Origin: Dehalococcoidia bacterium
Lineage (GTDB): Bacteria > Chloroflexota > Dehalococcoidia > Lucifugimonadales > UBA2985
Length of the DNA stretch: 64,000 bases
Assembly: GCA_965261605.1 (NCBI GenBank)
Contig: OZ253466.1
Span: 1,440,819-1,504,818 of the forward strand
Reading direction: 5' to 3'
Shown here: positions 1 to 8,744 of the stretch, piece by piece
Layout: every line of letters begins with the position of its first letter
Numbering within the stretch: the first letter of the stretch is position 1
Made by a program: the position numbers and the translations under genes
Notes under the pieces: model-generated
Told to the model about the DNA's origin: nothing
Database searches by the model: none
What the model saw: the letters and a program-made list of their open reading frames with translations, nothing else

Positions 1-177
1 AAGGCGGACGTAGAGTCAGTAAAAGTAGATGTGGAGTCGGTGAAGGTGGCCGTGGAGGCGTTGAAGGTGGAAATCGCCCGCCAAGAGGCCCGGCTTATCA
101 AATGGATGGTCGGAACTGTGGTAACGGGTATCGCCACAGCAACGGCTGTTGTCATGGCAGTCGAGAGGCTCTTTTAG
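1..177 (+). CDS. 3' end of a hypothetical coiled-coil protein with C-terminal membrane anchor (5' end outside window)
   Basis: Frame 1 is open from the window edge to TAG at 175-177. Translation ...VEALKVEIARQEARLIKWMVGTVVTGIATATAVVMAVERLF: repetitive V/E/K segment followed by one hydrophobic helix. Confidence 0.35.
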   Translation, partial: KADVESVKVDVESVKVAVEALKVEIARQEARLIKWMVGTVVTGIATATAVVMAVERLF

Positions 178-203
178 GTTTGAACCCACACGCAGGGCCG
201 TGA

Positions 204-1439
204 ATGCAGGATAGAGGGGCCGCCGCGCCGGGATACGAAGAGTTGACCGCCGGTCAGCGCCGCACTCTGCTGGTTGTAGCGGTGGCAGGGCACGGCCTGA
301 AACACCTCTTCAATGCAGCCTACTTTGTGCTGCTCCCTGAGATCAAGGCTGGACTCGCGCTCACCAACTCCCAGATAGGTATCCTGTCCACCTTCCGCAA
401 CGTCCTGGGGGGCATCGCAAACCTCCCCGCGGGCTACGCAGGAGACCGGTTGAGCGCTCGCCGCGCCGAGATCCTGGGCGCTTCCATAGTCTTTCTTGGC
501 GTCTTTGCCCTGGCTTTGGGTCTGTCCACAACTTTCTGGACGGCGGTCATCTTCGCCGCCCTGTTCAACGTAGCCATAACTTTCTGGCACCCGGCCGCCA
601 TATCCTCACTCTCCAAGGAGTTCGAGTCACGCAGGGGATTTGCCATATCCCTTCACGGCACCGGTGGAAGCGTTGGGGAGACATTGGGGCCCGTTCTGGC
701 CGGGGCGCTGATAGGCATAGTGGGGTGGCAGATGGTGCTCCGGGGCAGCGTGGTGCCGGGAGTCATTGCCGGCATTCTCATCTGGGCGATACTCCGGACT
801 ATCCCGACCCGGGCCAACTCTGTGACGGACCAGGAAAGCTACTTGACTTCCCTGAAGGGGCTCCTTCGCAATCGCAGGCTGCTGCTGGTGCTCACCTTTG
901 CAGGCGGATTTGTGGGCGGGCAGAGCACCTTCCTGACCTTCTTTCCAATCTACCTGCGTGAGAACCTGGAATTCTCCAGTGTCACTGTGGGCTTTTATCT
1001 GCTCCTTGCAAACGTGGGAGGTATAGCATCCCAGCCTGCTATGGGGTACTTCTCCGATCGCTTGGGGCGTAAGGCCATCCTGTCCCCAAGCCTGGCAGTG
1101 CTTGGGGTGTGCTTCCTGCTGCTTCCCACCGTACCCGGAGGCTGGCCCCTTGCAGCCGTGGTCCTGGTTATGGGCGCATTCCTGTTCCCTCTCATGGCCA
1201 TCATACTGGCGGCGGGGGTGGACCTGGTGGAACCGGGGGCTCAGGCCACGACGGTATCCCTTGTCTTTGGCTCGGCGCTGGTTGTCTCGGCGATTGCTCC
1301 TGCCATAGCCGGGCTTCTGGCCGACACACAGGGAATAGAAGCAGCCTTGGTTCTAGGAGCGGGGATTGTCCTGGCAACGTCGCTTCTGTCGACAGTCACC
1401 CAGTGGCGTCCCAAGGTCCCTTCCGTTCAGGAAGGGTGA
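204..1439 (+). CDS. MFS transporter
   Basis: 411-aa ORF with about 12 hydrophobic segments. MFS motif-A-like GYAGDRLSARR in the first half and GYFSDRLGRK in the second half. Confidence 0.8.
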   Translation: MQDRGAAAPGYEELTAGQRRTLLVVAVAGHGLKHLFNAAYFVLLPEIKAGLALTNSQIGILSTFRNVLGGIANLPAGYAGDRLSARRAEILGASIVFLGVFALALGLSTTFWTAVIFAALFNVAITFWHPAAISSLSKEFESRRGFAISLHGTGGSVGETLGPVLAGALIGIVGWQMVLRGSVVPGVIAGILIWAILRTIPTRANSVTDQESYLTSLKGLLRNRRLLLVLTFAGGFVGGQSTFLTFFPIYLRENLEFSSVTVGFYLLLANVGGIASQPAMGYFSDRLGRKAILSPSLAVLGVCFLLLPTVPGGWPLAAVVLVMGAFLFPLMAIILAAGVDLVEPGAQATTVSLVFGSALVVSAIAPAIAGLLADTQGIEAALVLGAGIVLATSLLSTVTQWRPKVPSVQEG

Positions 1440-1729
1440 CCTTCTCACGATCCAAGCGCATCGCCAATAGCGATGCTTCGTATGGCGTTACAAATGGAGC
1501 GCAGCGAAGTGAGGCATTTAGGGCCTTGCCTGCAAAGCCAAGTTGCCTTGGATGTAACGCTCTGGATTCGTCGCTTTGCTCAGAACTACGGCGAATGGAG
1601 CGATGGAGCAAGTTGCGCAAAATCCCTTTGGCAAAGGTAGCGATGGCTAGACCTTAATTAACCCCGGTCCTACGCGAATTATCCCTTCCCTTGCTTGCGA
1701 GACCTTTGCAAAACTTCGACCTCAATAGT

Positions 1730-1773
1730 CCACCCCTGCGAAGCTTGTCCTCGTGGAAACGGGGAGCAGGGGT
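1730..1773. repeat. Family C palindromic repeat, copy 1
   Basis: ccacccctgcgaagcttgtcctcgtggaaacggggagcaggggt. Its reverse complement matches 35108-35151 with one mismatch across the 43 nt that overlap. Confidence 0.8.
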
Positions 1774-1867
1774 TTACTGGGACCGATCACGGGCGTTCTG
1801 GATTCCTGCTTTCGGAGACCTTTGCGTAACTCTGGTGCATCTCCTAGAAGAGGCTATCTTCTTCGTC

Positions 1868-1887
1868 ATTCCCGTGAAAACGGGAAT
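1868..1887. repeat. Family A hairpin (ATTCCYGY-N4-RCRGGAAT)
   Basis: attcccgt gaaa acgggaat: perfect 8-bp stem. Confidence 0.7.
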
Positions 1888-1936
1888 CTAAAGCCCTTAT
1901 TTCAAGGCGTCGTAGTCTTGCAGATAGCGTTCTTAG

Positions 1937-1956
1937 ATTCCTGCTTCCGCAGGAAT
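1937..1956. repeat. Family A hairpin
   Basis: attcctgc ttcc gcaggaat: perfect 8-bp stem. Confidence 0.7.
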
Positions 1957-2092
1957 GCCGGTGAGGGCAATTCTTGCGGTATGACGCTATGGGTTATTCA
2001 AAGGTCTGCTTTCGCAGGAATGGATTAAGAGTAGGCGTTTCCAGGAAAGGTACTGAGTTACGCAAACGTCTCGCTTGCGGGGGAAGGTCAGA

Positions 2093-2116
2093 GCTTGCCT
2101 CGTACTTGATACGGGG
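2093..2116. repeat. Family B hairpin repeat (degenerate copy)
   Basis: gcttgcctcgtacttgatacgggg versus consensus GCCTGCCCCGTACTTGATACGGGG. Confidence 0.6.
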
Positions 2117-2268
2117 ATTGGGACTAAAAAGGTCGGGGGAGAGCCTTTCCAGGTCTCCCCCCGAGTTGTGGTTGTACTTGCGCGAGTCCTGCGTCTCTAC
2201 GCTGACGCGTAGGGAGGACGCTCGTCTGCGTTCATGCCGCCGAACCGGCGGCGATGCTCTCGCATAGT

Positions 2269-2631
2269 TCAATTGTTCATTATGACCTGGACACCGGCTT
2301 CCTCGGCCTTCTTGGCCGCCTCCTCATGCTCCACACCGTCCTGCATCCAGATGTACTTGGCGCCAATCTCTATGGCCTCGTCCACCACGGGAGGCACGGT
2401 ATCCGACCGCCTGAAGACGTCCACCATGTCCACCGGCTCCGGTATGGACTTGAGGTCCGGGTAGCTCTTCTCACCCAGAATCTCGTCCGCCGTCGGGTTG
2501 ACCGGGATGATTCTGTAGCCCTGCTCCTGCAGGTATTTGGCGACGTCGTGGCTGTCCCTCTCCGGGTTCGGCGAGAGACCAACGACGGCTATAACTTTGC
2601 TCTTTGTGAGCTGCTCCTCCACTGCGTCCAT
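2269..2631 (-). CDS. CoA-binding domain protein (YccU-like)
   Basis: 120 aa. KVIAVVGLSPNPERDSHDVAKYLQEQGYRIIPVNP is the typical CoA_binding_2 N-terminal Rossmann signature. Confidence 0.8.
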   Translation of the reverse strand: MDAVEEQLTKSKVIAVVGLSPNPERDSHDVAKYLQEQGYRIIPVNPTADEILGEKSYPDLKSIPEPVDMVDVFRRSDTVPPVVDEAIEIGAKYIWMQDGVEHEEAAKKAEEAGVQVIMNN

Positions 2632-2762
2632 GTCTGCCCCCTTTCTTGTGCTCCGCTCCGTTCGATGGCGGATTTACGCCTGAATTGCCGCCTAGCGCTG
2701 TGCCGCGCGTTCGAGCGCTTAAACGCGCTTACATAGGCGCGCCAGTTCGCGGTGGCTGAAAT

Positions 2763-3647
2763 CTACCCTTTGCGCCTGAATTTCTGTACCCGCTGACCCT
2801 CCAGCACCTCGGCGACGTAGAGGTCGCCTTTGGAGTCGGTCCAGATGCCGTGGGGGCCCCAGAACAGGCCTGGCTCGTGGCTGCGCTCGTCGCCCCACCG
2901 GGCGAGGACGTTCCCCTGGAGGTCCAGGACGCTCACGCGGTCCCCCAGCTCGGCCACGTAGACGATGTCGTCGCTGTCGATGAATATCTTGCACGGCTGG
3001 AGGAAGCCAGGCCAAATCGCCAGGTGTCTGCCGTCCAGTGTGAATACCTGGAGGCGGTTGTTCTGGCGGTCGGCCACGTACAGCCTGTCCTTGTGCTCCC
3101 AGACGCTATGCACAAGCTGGAACTGGCCCGGGCCGTCGCCCGGCTCGCCCCAGGAGGCGAGAAGCTGCCCGTCCTGGGAGAACTTGTGGACGCGGCAGTT
3201 GCGATAGCCGTCGGAGATGTACATGTCGCCCTCCGGCGTCAGGGAGAGATCCGTGGGGTGATGAAAGGGAGGACCGGCATAGAGGACGGAGCGGTTATCG
3301 TCCGTGTAGCCCGTGTCCGACGGCTGGTCGCGGTTGCCCATTGTGAACAGGAGCTCGCCGTCGTGGGTGAACTTCATAGCCACCTGGGGGCTCCGGTCCA
3401 CCAGGTAGATGCTGTCGTCCGGCCCTATGCAGATGCCGTGGGCGTCATGGAGAACGCCCTCACCCCAGGAATAAAGAAAGTTGCCGTCCGTGTCGAACAC
3501 CATGAGGGGATGGTCGCTGCGGGTGAACACGTGGACGTGGTCGTGGGAGTCGACGGCGACGCCGCCAACCTGTCCCCACCGCCAGCCCTCGGGTAGCTTG
3601 CCCCAACCCTCTACTACTTCGTACTCCAACTGTCCGGCTGCTGCCAT
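2763..3647 (-). CDS. NHL-repeat beta-propeller protein (peptidyl-alpha-hydroxyglycine lyase-like)
   Basis: Repeated ...HG(I/V)xxDxxxxxYVxDRxNxRxQxF blades. Start placed at ATG 3647, preceded by AAAGGAGG; the ORF-track start at 3710 looks like an extension. Confidence 0.75.
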   Translation of the reverse strand: MAAAGQLEYEVVEGWGKLPEGWRWGQVGGVAVDSHDHVHVFTRSDHPLMVFDTDGNFLYSWGEGVLHDAHGICIGPDDSIYLVDRSPQVAMKFTHDGELLFTMGNRDQPSDTGYTDDNRSVLYAGPPFHHPTDLSLTPEGDMYISDGYRNCRVHKFSQDGQLLASWGEPGDGPGQFQLVHSVWEHKDRLYVADRQNNRLQVFTLDGRHLAIWPGFLQPCKIFIDSDDIVYVAELGDRVSVLDLQGNVLARWGDERSHEPGLFWGPHGIWTDSKGDLYVAEVLEGQRVQKFRRKG

Positions 3648-4003
3648 TTCGATCAGCCTCCTTTCATGCCTCGGATGTGCCACCAATCCTGCCACAAACC
3701 AGGCACACACCCCCCCGTGCGCGCCGTTTCTCGACTGCGGACATTATACCAGCAAAGGGGCGTTGCAGACACTCGCGGGCAGATAAAACATGAGCGCACC
3801 ACTATCCAATGTCCCTTCCGAGAAATCGGGAGTCCAAACCACACCACCCCTGGATGCGCGTCTGCACTGGCATGACGATGGCGAGCGCACGTAGCCATTA
3901 TCGCTCACACACGCTCGAATAGAAATGAACCCCGCTCGGGTGCCATCCAAGCAAGGATGATTACCTCCCGAATTCCGCCTCATACCCTTTGGGAGAGTCT
4001 TTT

Positions 4004-5827
4004 TTAACTTTCTAGTCCTCTGGAGGCAGAGTATACTCTTTGCCTTTCAAACAGTCTGAGTTGCTCTACTTTAGAGGAGTGTCCGTTCTCCTGACGCGTC
4101 TCAGACATGCCTGTGGTTCTCGCTGCAGCGCATACTTCTCCCCAGCTTACAAAATACTGGTCGTAATATTCTATGGGATATTTGCTATGCTGAGCCACTT
4201 CTTCTCGAGTTGGCAACCTTCCGAGGACGTTCGCTACTCGCTTAACTTCTAACTGAAGCGTCTTTTTGGGGATAGCATATCTCTGCTTTTGCATTCGACG
4301 GACACGGCTGTTCTTAGCTGTGGGGGAGCCCTCCATTTTTCTGAATGGGTCGATGCCTTCAGAGATCTCCTCATGCCGCGCCTGTGCGATATTGACGTAC
4401 TCTGGGGATTTTTCGATTCCTATGTATTTTCGGCCAAGTTGGTGAGCGGTAAGCGTGGTTGTCCCTGTTCCATTGAAGCAATCCAGCACAACATCTTCAG
4501 GATTAGTAAAAACAGAGATGAGGCGATGCATCAATTTAGGAGGAAGCAAGCAAGGATGGTCCACACGGCGGCTGTTGTGTTTCAGCCTGTGAATATCCCA
4601 CCAAATATCAGTTAGCTCTCCAGCGTCATTTATGTGCTTGAGATTCCTCTCTGTTATACATTGAGACCGTAGACAATATCCTTCGGATAGTGGTGTCAGT
4701 GAAGATTCTTCGAGCGACGCTATAAGTCCATTCGATTGTCTCGCGTAAGCATTTTGCCAGGGCAATTCCCTGGGAACGCCTTTGCTGAAGCAAAGGATCG
4801 AATAGTGGGCAGGCATTATCATGCGAACTGGTAGTGACAGGGCGTCCCATGTGATCCAGTTCTGGAGCTTTAGTACCCTTTCCATGTGAACGAAATGCCG
4901 GATAGCCCATAGGGGTATATTCAGTAGGGCACAGGTTCTTCCAGGACGCAAAACCCTGGCTAACTCATCTATCCACTCGTCGCACCACTTGAAGTACTCC
5001 TTAACTTCCAAGGCATCTCCGTAGCCGGTGTATTTCTTACCAAGGTTATACGGGGGATCAGCGAAGGCAAAATCAATAGAGTTGTCGGGTATCTTATGGA
5101 GTTCTTCAAGGCAGTCTCCGATTACCAGTCGGTTTAGTTGGTTCTCAGGTATATAGTTGATTTTGCTAGAAGTGTCTGAAGGAATTGCTTTCGTGGAGAT
5201 CTGGGTTATGTTGAATCTCCTGCAATCAACTACAAGCAACTCATGATACTGTTCGATTCCAAATAGATCTGCAAAACGCTCAATGATGGAACTTATGTCA
5301 CCGTTGACCTCGCAACTTATGTCTCTCCATACGTCGGACATCAATGTGCCGAATTGGTGATACGTGTGTTTCTTGCCTCCGTAATCTTTGGTAGTTTTGT
5401 TACAGGCTGGACAGTAGGTGTACTCTATTCTAGTTTTGGTGTGTTTGAGAGAAGACTCATACTTCGTGTGAACCAAAGCACCAAAGTGATGGCTTGGCAA
5501 ATAACGGTTGCTGACACTTACTTGGGGAGAGGTACGTTTTATGGCTATCCAGAGTTGATAGCGCATAAAATCGGATATGCTTGAGTGAGCGAGTATCAGG
5601 TCCTTTACTTCACCTAAGGTGATCAACGTTGCTCCTGCTCCCAAGTTATGTGCTACTCGGGACATCAGTCGTTCGATTCCTTCCACGCGAAGCTCTGGGT
5701 CGTGAGTAGGTAGTCTAACTATGCATACATCCGCGAATCCCCGGGTGTCTCTTAACAATCCTTCCTCATTGTGGGCTGTTATCTCCCTGATATTGAGCCG
5801 TTGGGAATCCTCCGAAAAATGAGCCAT
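4004..5827 (-). CDS. DNA methyltransferase, beta class (motif IV before motif I), probably N6-adenine
   Basis: 607 aa. FADPPYNLGKKY (motif IV, DPPY) lies upstream of VLDCFNGTGTTT (motif I). Extra ~230-aa N-terminal region and a C-terminal LGRLPTREEV...YFVSWGEVCAAA segment. Confidence 0.85.
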   Translation of the reverse strand: MAHFSEDSQRLNIREITAHNEEGLLRDTRGFADVCIVRLPTHDPELRVEGIERLMSRVAHNLGAGATLITLGEVKDLILAHSSISDFMRYQLWIAIKRTSPQVSVSNRYLPSHHFGALVHTKYESSLKHTKTRIEYTYCPACNKTTKDYGGKKHTYHQFGTLMSDVWRDISCEVNGDISSIIERFADLFGIEQYHELLVVDCRRFNITQISTKAIPSDTSSKINYIPENQLNRLVIGDCLEELHKIPDNSIDFAFADPPYNLGKKYTGYGDALEVKEYFKWCDEWIDELARVLRPGRTCALLNIPLWAIRHFVHMERVLKLQNWITWDALSLPVRMIMPAHYSILCFSKGVPRELPWQNAYARQSNGLIASLEESSLTPLSEGYCLRSQCITERNLKHINDAGELTDIWWDIHRLKHNSRRVDHPCLLPPKLMHRLISVFTNPEDVVLDCFNGTGTTTLTAHQLGRKYIGIEKSPEYVNIAQARHEEISEGIDPFRKMEGSPTAKNSRVRRMQKQRYAIPKKTLQLEVKRVANVLGRLPTREEVAQHSKYPIEYYDQYFVSWGEVCAAARTTGMSETRQENGHSSKVEQLRLFERQRVYSASRGLES

Positions 5828-5867
5828 GTTAAACCGATAACTCCCTTGTCAAATTTGTATGACGCCC

Positions 5868-6905
5868 TCAACCACCCAAGTAGAGACTGAGAAATTCACA
5901 GAGCACGTCCAATTCAGACTCTGTAAACGCAACAGAACAATGACTGAAAGTACAAAGCGTTCCGATAGCAGTCTCTCTTTGAAAATTTCCCGCGCCGTCA
6001 ATAACATAAGCGATTCTATGGCCAGCAGCTTCGGCCTGTTCAAACCTCGACATTGCTTGGCCAGCCTTTCGCTCGATGGTGCTGTTCGTCGTAACTTGGA
6101 AACTGACTTCTATAGCCACATACTTATCGTTTCGGGATACCACCAAATCGAATGTGGTAAGTGAACTGGTACTAGCCCCCGTGTGCGTTACTCCGGGCAG
6201 ATGACCGTTTGATTCGATTTGAGCGTCATCTAGGTTCAAGTTGTTCTTGATGTAATTCGCCACGAACTCTTGGGCGATGTGTCCCAAGGTGTTTGCTCTA
6301 GCTCCACGTGTGATACTACTGACCCAAATGTATCGCTGTCTCATGTATTGTGCTAGTTGTCCTGGTTTGCCAACGTAGCTACCTATTTCACATTTTGTCA
6401 AAACTTCGGCCACGTGTTCGTCTGTGGATGTACTCCCATGAAGTAGTAACACCACTACGTCTCTAAAAAGGCCATCAACTGGATAGTCCTCAAGAAGCGT
6501 TCTGCCACTGATTCGCAATCTGTTGTTGTTAAGGACTCCCTGAATTGGCAGTGTGGTGAATTGATAAGAGTAAGGTTGGGTGTCCCATGTGTAATAAAGA
6601 ATTTTCGAAGGGAACAATTCCGAAAATGCCCTGTTGATTCTTTGGAGCATCTCGCCACCAAAATCAGCAAGCACAACCAGGTGCTTGAGAAAAAGATTGT
6701 TGGAAAGCTTGGAGGATTCAACCACGTTGAAGAAGGCTTCCAGGCTGCTCACATCTACGCTGAGTATTGCTATAAACTGGTCTTGTGTTTCTAGCAGTTT
6801 CGGAATAACGCTTCGGTCTGCCTCTTGTTGGGAAAGTTCAGCAGGCCAGAACATGGATGCCAATTCCCTCAACTCCTCAACCGTTCTTCTATATTGATTT
6901 GACAT
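5868..6905 (-). CDS. Putative type II restriction endonuclease partner
   Basis: 345 aa, 40 nt upstream of and co-oriented with the methyltransferase, same low GC. Candidate catalytic core TTFDLVV...KYVAIEVSFQVTTNSTIERK. Family not recognised with certainty. Confidence 0.5.
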   Translation of the reverse strand: MSNQYRRTVEELRELASMFWPAELSQQEADRSVIPKLLETQDQFIAILSVDVSSLEAFFNVVESSKLSNNLFLKHLVVLADFGGEMLQRINRAFSELFPSKILYYTWDTQPYSYQFTTLPIQGVLNNNRLRISGRTLLEDYPVDGLFRDVVVLLLHGSTSTDEHVAEVLTKCEIGSYVGKPGQLAQYMRQRYIWVSSITRGARANTLGHIAQEFVANYIKNNLNLDDAQIESNGHLPGVTHTGASTSSLTTFDLVVSRNDKYVAIEVSFQVTTNSTIERKAGQAMSRFEQAEAAGHRIAYVIDGAGNFQRETAIGTLCTFSHCSVAFTESELDVLCEFLSLYLGG

Positions 6906-7079
6906 ATACAGATATGCAGACCTAAAGTTCTAATACTATGCTATCTTAGTCTTATAGGCGTTCATGTGCAAGCTAACTAATGCTTTAATTTGTTCAAATC
7001 GGCACGGGTATGACAAGGACCTTCTGAAGGCTAGCCGGATTCCATTACACACCGGAAGTGAGCGGGAACGACGGTGTAC

Positions 7080-7907
7080 TCACACCTGTTCCGTGCCAGC
7101 CGGCGCCTGGTCATCGCTGAGGAAGGCGTGTGTAAGGCCGGCGACCTCCGCCGCGCGGGTGCGCCGGACGGCGTGTCCGGTGCCCTCCATTATCACCAGC
7201 CGCGAGCCTGCGATGCCCTTGACCATCGATCTGGCGAACCGCATTGGCGTCATGACGTCATCCTCTCCAAAGATGAGCAGGGTAGGGCAGGAGATGCGGT
7301 GCAGCCTGTCCCTGGAGCGGTAGGCTATGGTGGCCTCCATTTGGCGCTCGTAGGCGTCTATCTCCTGGTAGAGGTGGTCCTCCATGCCGTCGCTGATTAG
7401 CTGCTCTATGAAGCCTTCCACTTCGTACTCTGCGTGGGTGTACACCCAGGGTATGGAGAGCCTGATGTACTCGTCTCGGGGCAAATCCCTCCTCAGGGAG
7501 GCGAAGCCCCTGAACAGGGCAGAACCCCTCGGGTCTCCGGCGTCGTAGGTGGCAAGCAGCGTAAGGCGGTCTGCAATGTGCGGAAACTCAATGGCGATCT
7601 CCTGGGCTATGGCGCCGCCCATCGAGTACCCCACGACGTGGGTCCTGGCTATGCCAAGCTCTCCCAGGACTCCAACGGCGTCCTCCGCTATATCCCGGAT
7701 GGCGTAAGGCGTCTGCGCCCGCTGGCTCAGGCCGCTGTCCCTGTTATCGATGACAACTACTCGGAATGAGTCCTGCAAGAACCGGGCCAGTGGTCTCCAG
7801 CCGCGGTGGTCGCCGCTAAGGCCGGAGATGAGCAGCACGGGAGGACTGCCGGACTCTCCGAAGGTCTCGTAGTAGAGATTGAGGCCGTTGGCATTTACGT
7901 ATGGCAT
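7080..7907 (-). CDS. Alpha/beta hydrolase
   Basis: 275 aa. Nucleophile elbow GYSMGG; HG-type N-terminal oxyanion region LLISGLSGDH. Confidence 0.8.
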   Translation of the reverse strand: MPYVNANGLNLYYETFGESGSPPVLLISGLSGDHRGWRPLARFLQDSFRVVVIDNRDSGLSQRAQTPYAIRDIAEDAVGVLGELGIARTHVVGYSMGGAIAQEIAIEFPHIADRLTLLATYDAGDPRGSALFRGFASLRRDLPRDEYIRLSIPWVYTHAEYEVEGFIEQLISDGMEDHLYQEIDAYERQMEATIAYRSRDRLHRISCPTLLIFGEDDVMTPMRFARSMVKGIAGSRLVIMEGTGHAVRRTRAAEVAGLTHAFLSDDQAPAGTEQV

Positions 7908-7923
7908 TGCGAGATCTCCCGGA

Positions 7924-8718
7924 TCACCGCCGCCACGCGAGTCCGTCGGTGGCGCGGATGAACTCGGCGTGAAGCTCAGCGCCGGAGGCTATGATGCCCT
8001 CGGAGTAGAGGGTGCCGGGGTTGCCGCGCTTGTCCGTGATGATGCCTCCCGCCTCCTTCACAAGCAGCAGGCCGCTGGCAACGTCCCAGGGGGACAGGTT
8101 GTGGTGGAAGTACATATCGACTCTACCGCAGGCGGCGTAGGCCAGGCCAAGGGCCGCCGACCCCATCATCCGCGTGCCCTGTATGTTGGGCCACAGGTGG
8201 AGCACCAGCTCGATGGCCCTGGACGCGGTTTCGTCCACGTAGCCCAGGTCGTAGCTCAGTAGCGCCTCCTCCAGCCTTCCCTTGCCGGAGACGCTGATGG
8301 GGCTGCCGTTTACGTAGGCCCCTTGGCCCTTGACGGCCTGGAACATCTCACGGCGGACGGGGTCGTAGGTCAGGCCCAGTTGAATGTCGTCTCCCTTCGC
8401 CAGGGCGATGACCAGGCAGAAGAAGGGTATGCCGAGGACGTAGTTCCGCGTGCCGTCTATGGGGTCGATAATCCATGTGTACTCTGAGCTGCCGCCGACG
8501 GGCTCCGACTCCTCTGCCAGGAAACCGGCTTCGGGGTACTCCAGGCTCAACTCCTGAATGATCAGGCTCTCCGCCAGCTTGTCCACGTCGCTCACCAGGT
8601 CGGCCCGCCCCTTGTAGGAGACCTCCTTCTCGGTGTGGAACCTCTCAAGCAGCATCTCTCCGGCCTCCTCCGCCACCCTTAAGGCCACCTGCAACGCGTC
8701 CGCTCCGCTTCGGGACAC
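7924..8718 (-). CDS. Inositol monophosphatase family protein
   Basis: Motifs FLAEESE, WIIDPIDGTRNY and WDVASG. The 368-aa ORF-track version overlaps trpS, so the start is moved to GTG at 8718 to keep the conserved first helix without overlap. Confidence 0.8.
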   Translation of the reverse strand: MSRSGADALQVALRVAEEAGEMLLERFHTEKEVSYKGRADLVSDVDKLAESLIIQELSLEYPEAGFLAEESEPVGGSSEYTWIIDPIDGTRNYVLGIPFFCLVIALAKGDDIQLGLTYDPVRREMFQAVKGQGAYVNGSPISVSGKGRLEEALLSYDLGYVDETASRAIELVLHLWPNIQGTRMMGSAALGLAYAACGRVDMYFHHNLSPWDVASGLLLVKEAGGIITDKRGNPGTLYSEGIIASGAELHAEFIRATDGLAWRR

Positions 8719-8744
8719 GGGCAGATTGCTCTGGGAGTCTATAC

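Larger units (their letters stand above)
1440..2268. repeat. ~830-nt non-coding tract packed with short palindromic (REP/MITE-like) repeats of several families
   Basis: No credible ORF. Hairpins at 1868-1887 and 1937-1956 (family A), 1730-1773 (family C) and 2093-2116 (family B). TIR-like word GAGACSTTTGCRWAAC at ~1701, ~1815, ~2057 (rc) and a degenerate copy at ~1991 (rc). Confidence 0.65.
3990..7075. other. Low-GC island carrying a type II R-M pair
   Basis: A hand-counted 60-nt line inside (5161-5220) is 42% GC, versus ~60-70% in flanking genes. AT-rich non-coding edges at 3711-4003 and 6906-7079. Confidence 0.6.

Noticed and set aside
3711-4003. Possible tRNA or other ncRNA, or an att site, at the left edge of the first R-M island; also a weak direct repeat (cccgaattccgcctcataccc versus gccggattccattacacaccg near 7040)
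   Set aside because: No cloverleaf-compatible T-arm or acceptor pairing could be found by eye. The putative direct repeat matches at only ~13 of 21 positions.
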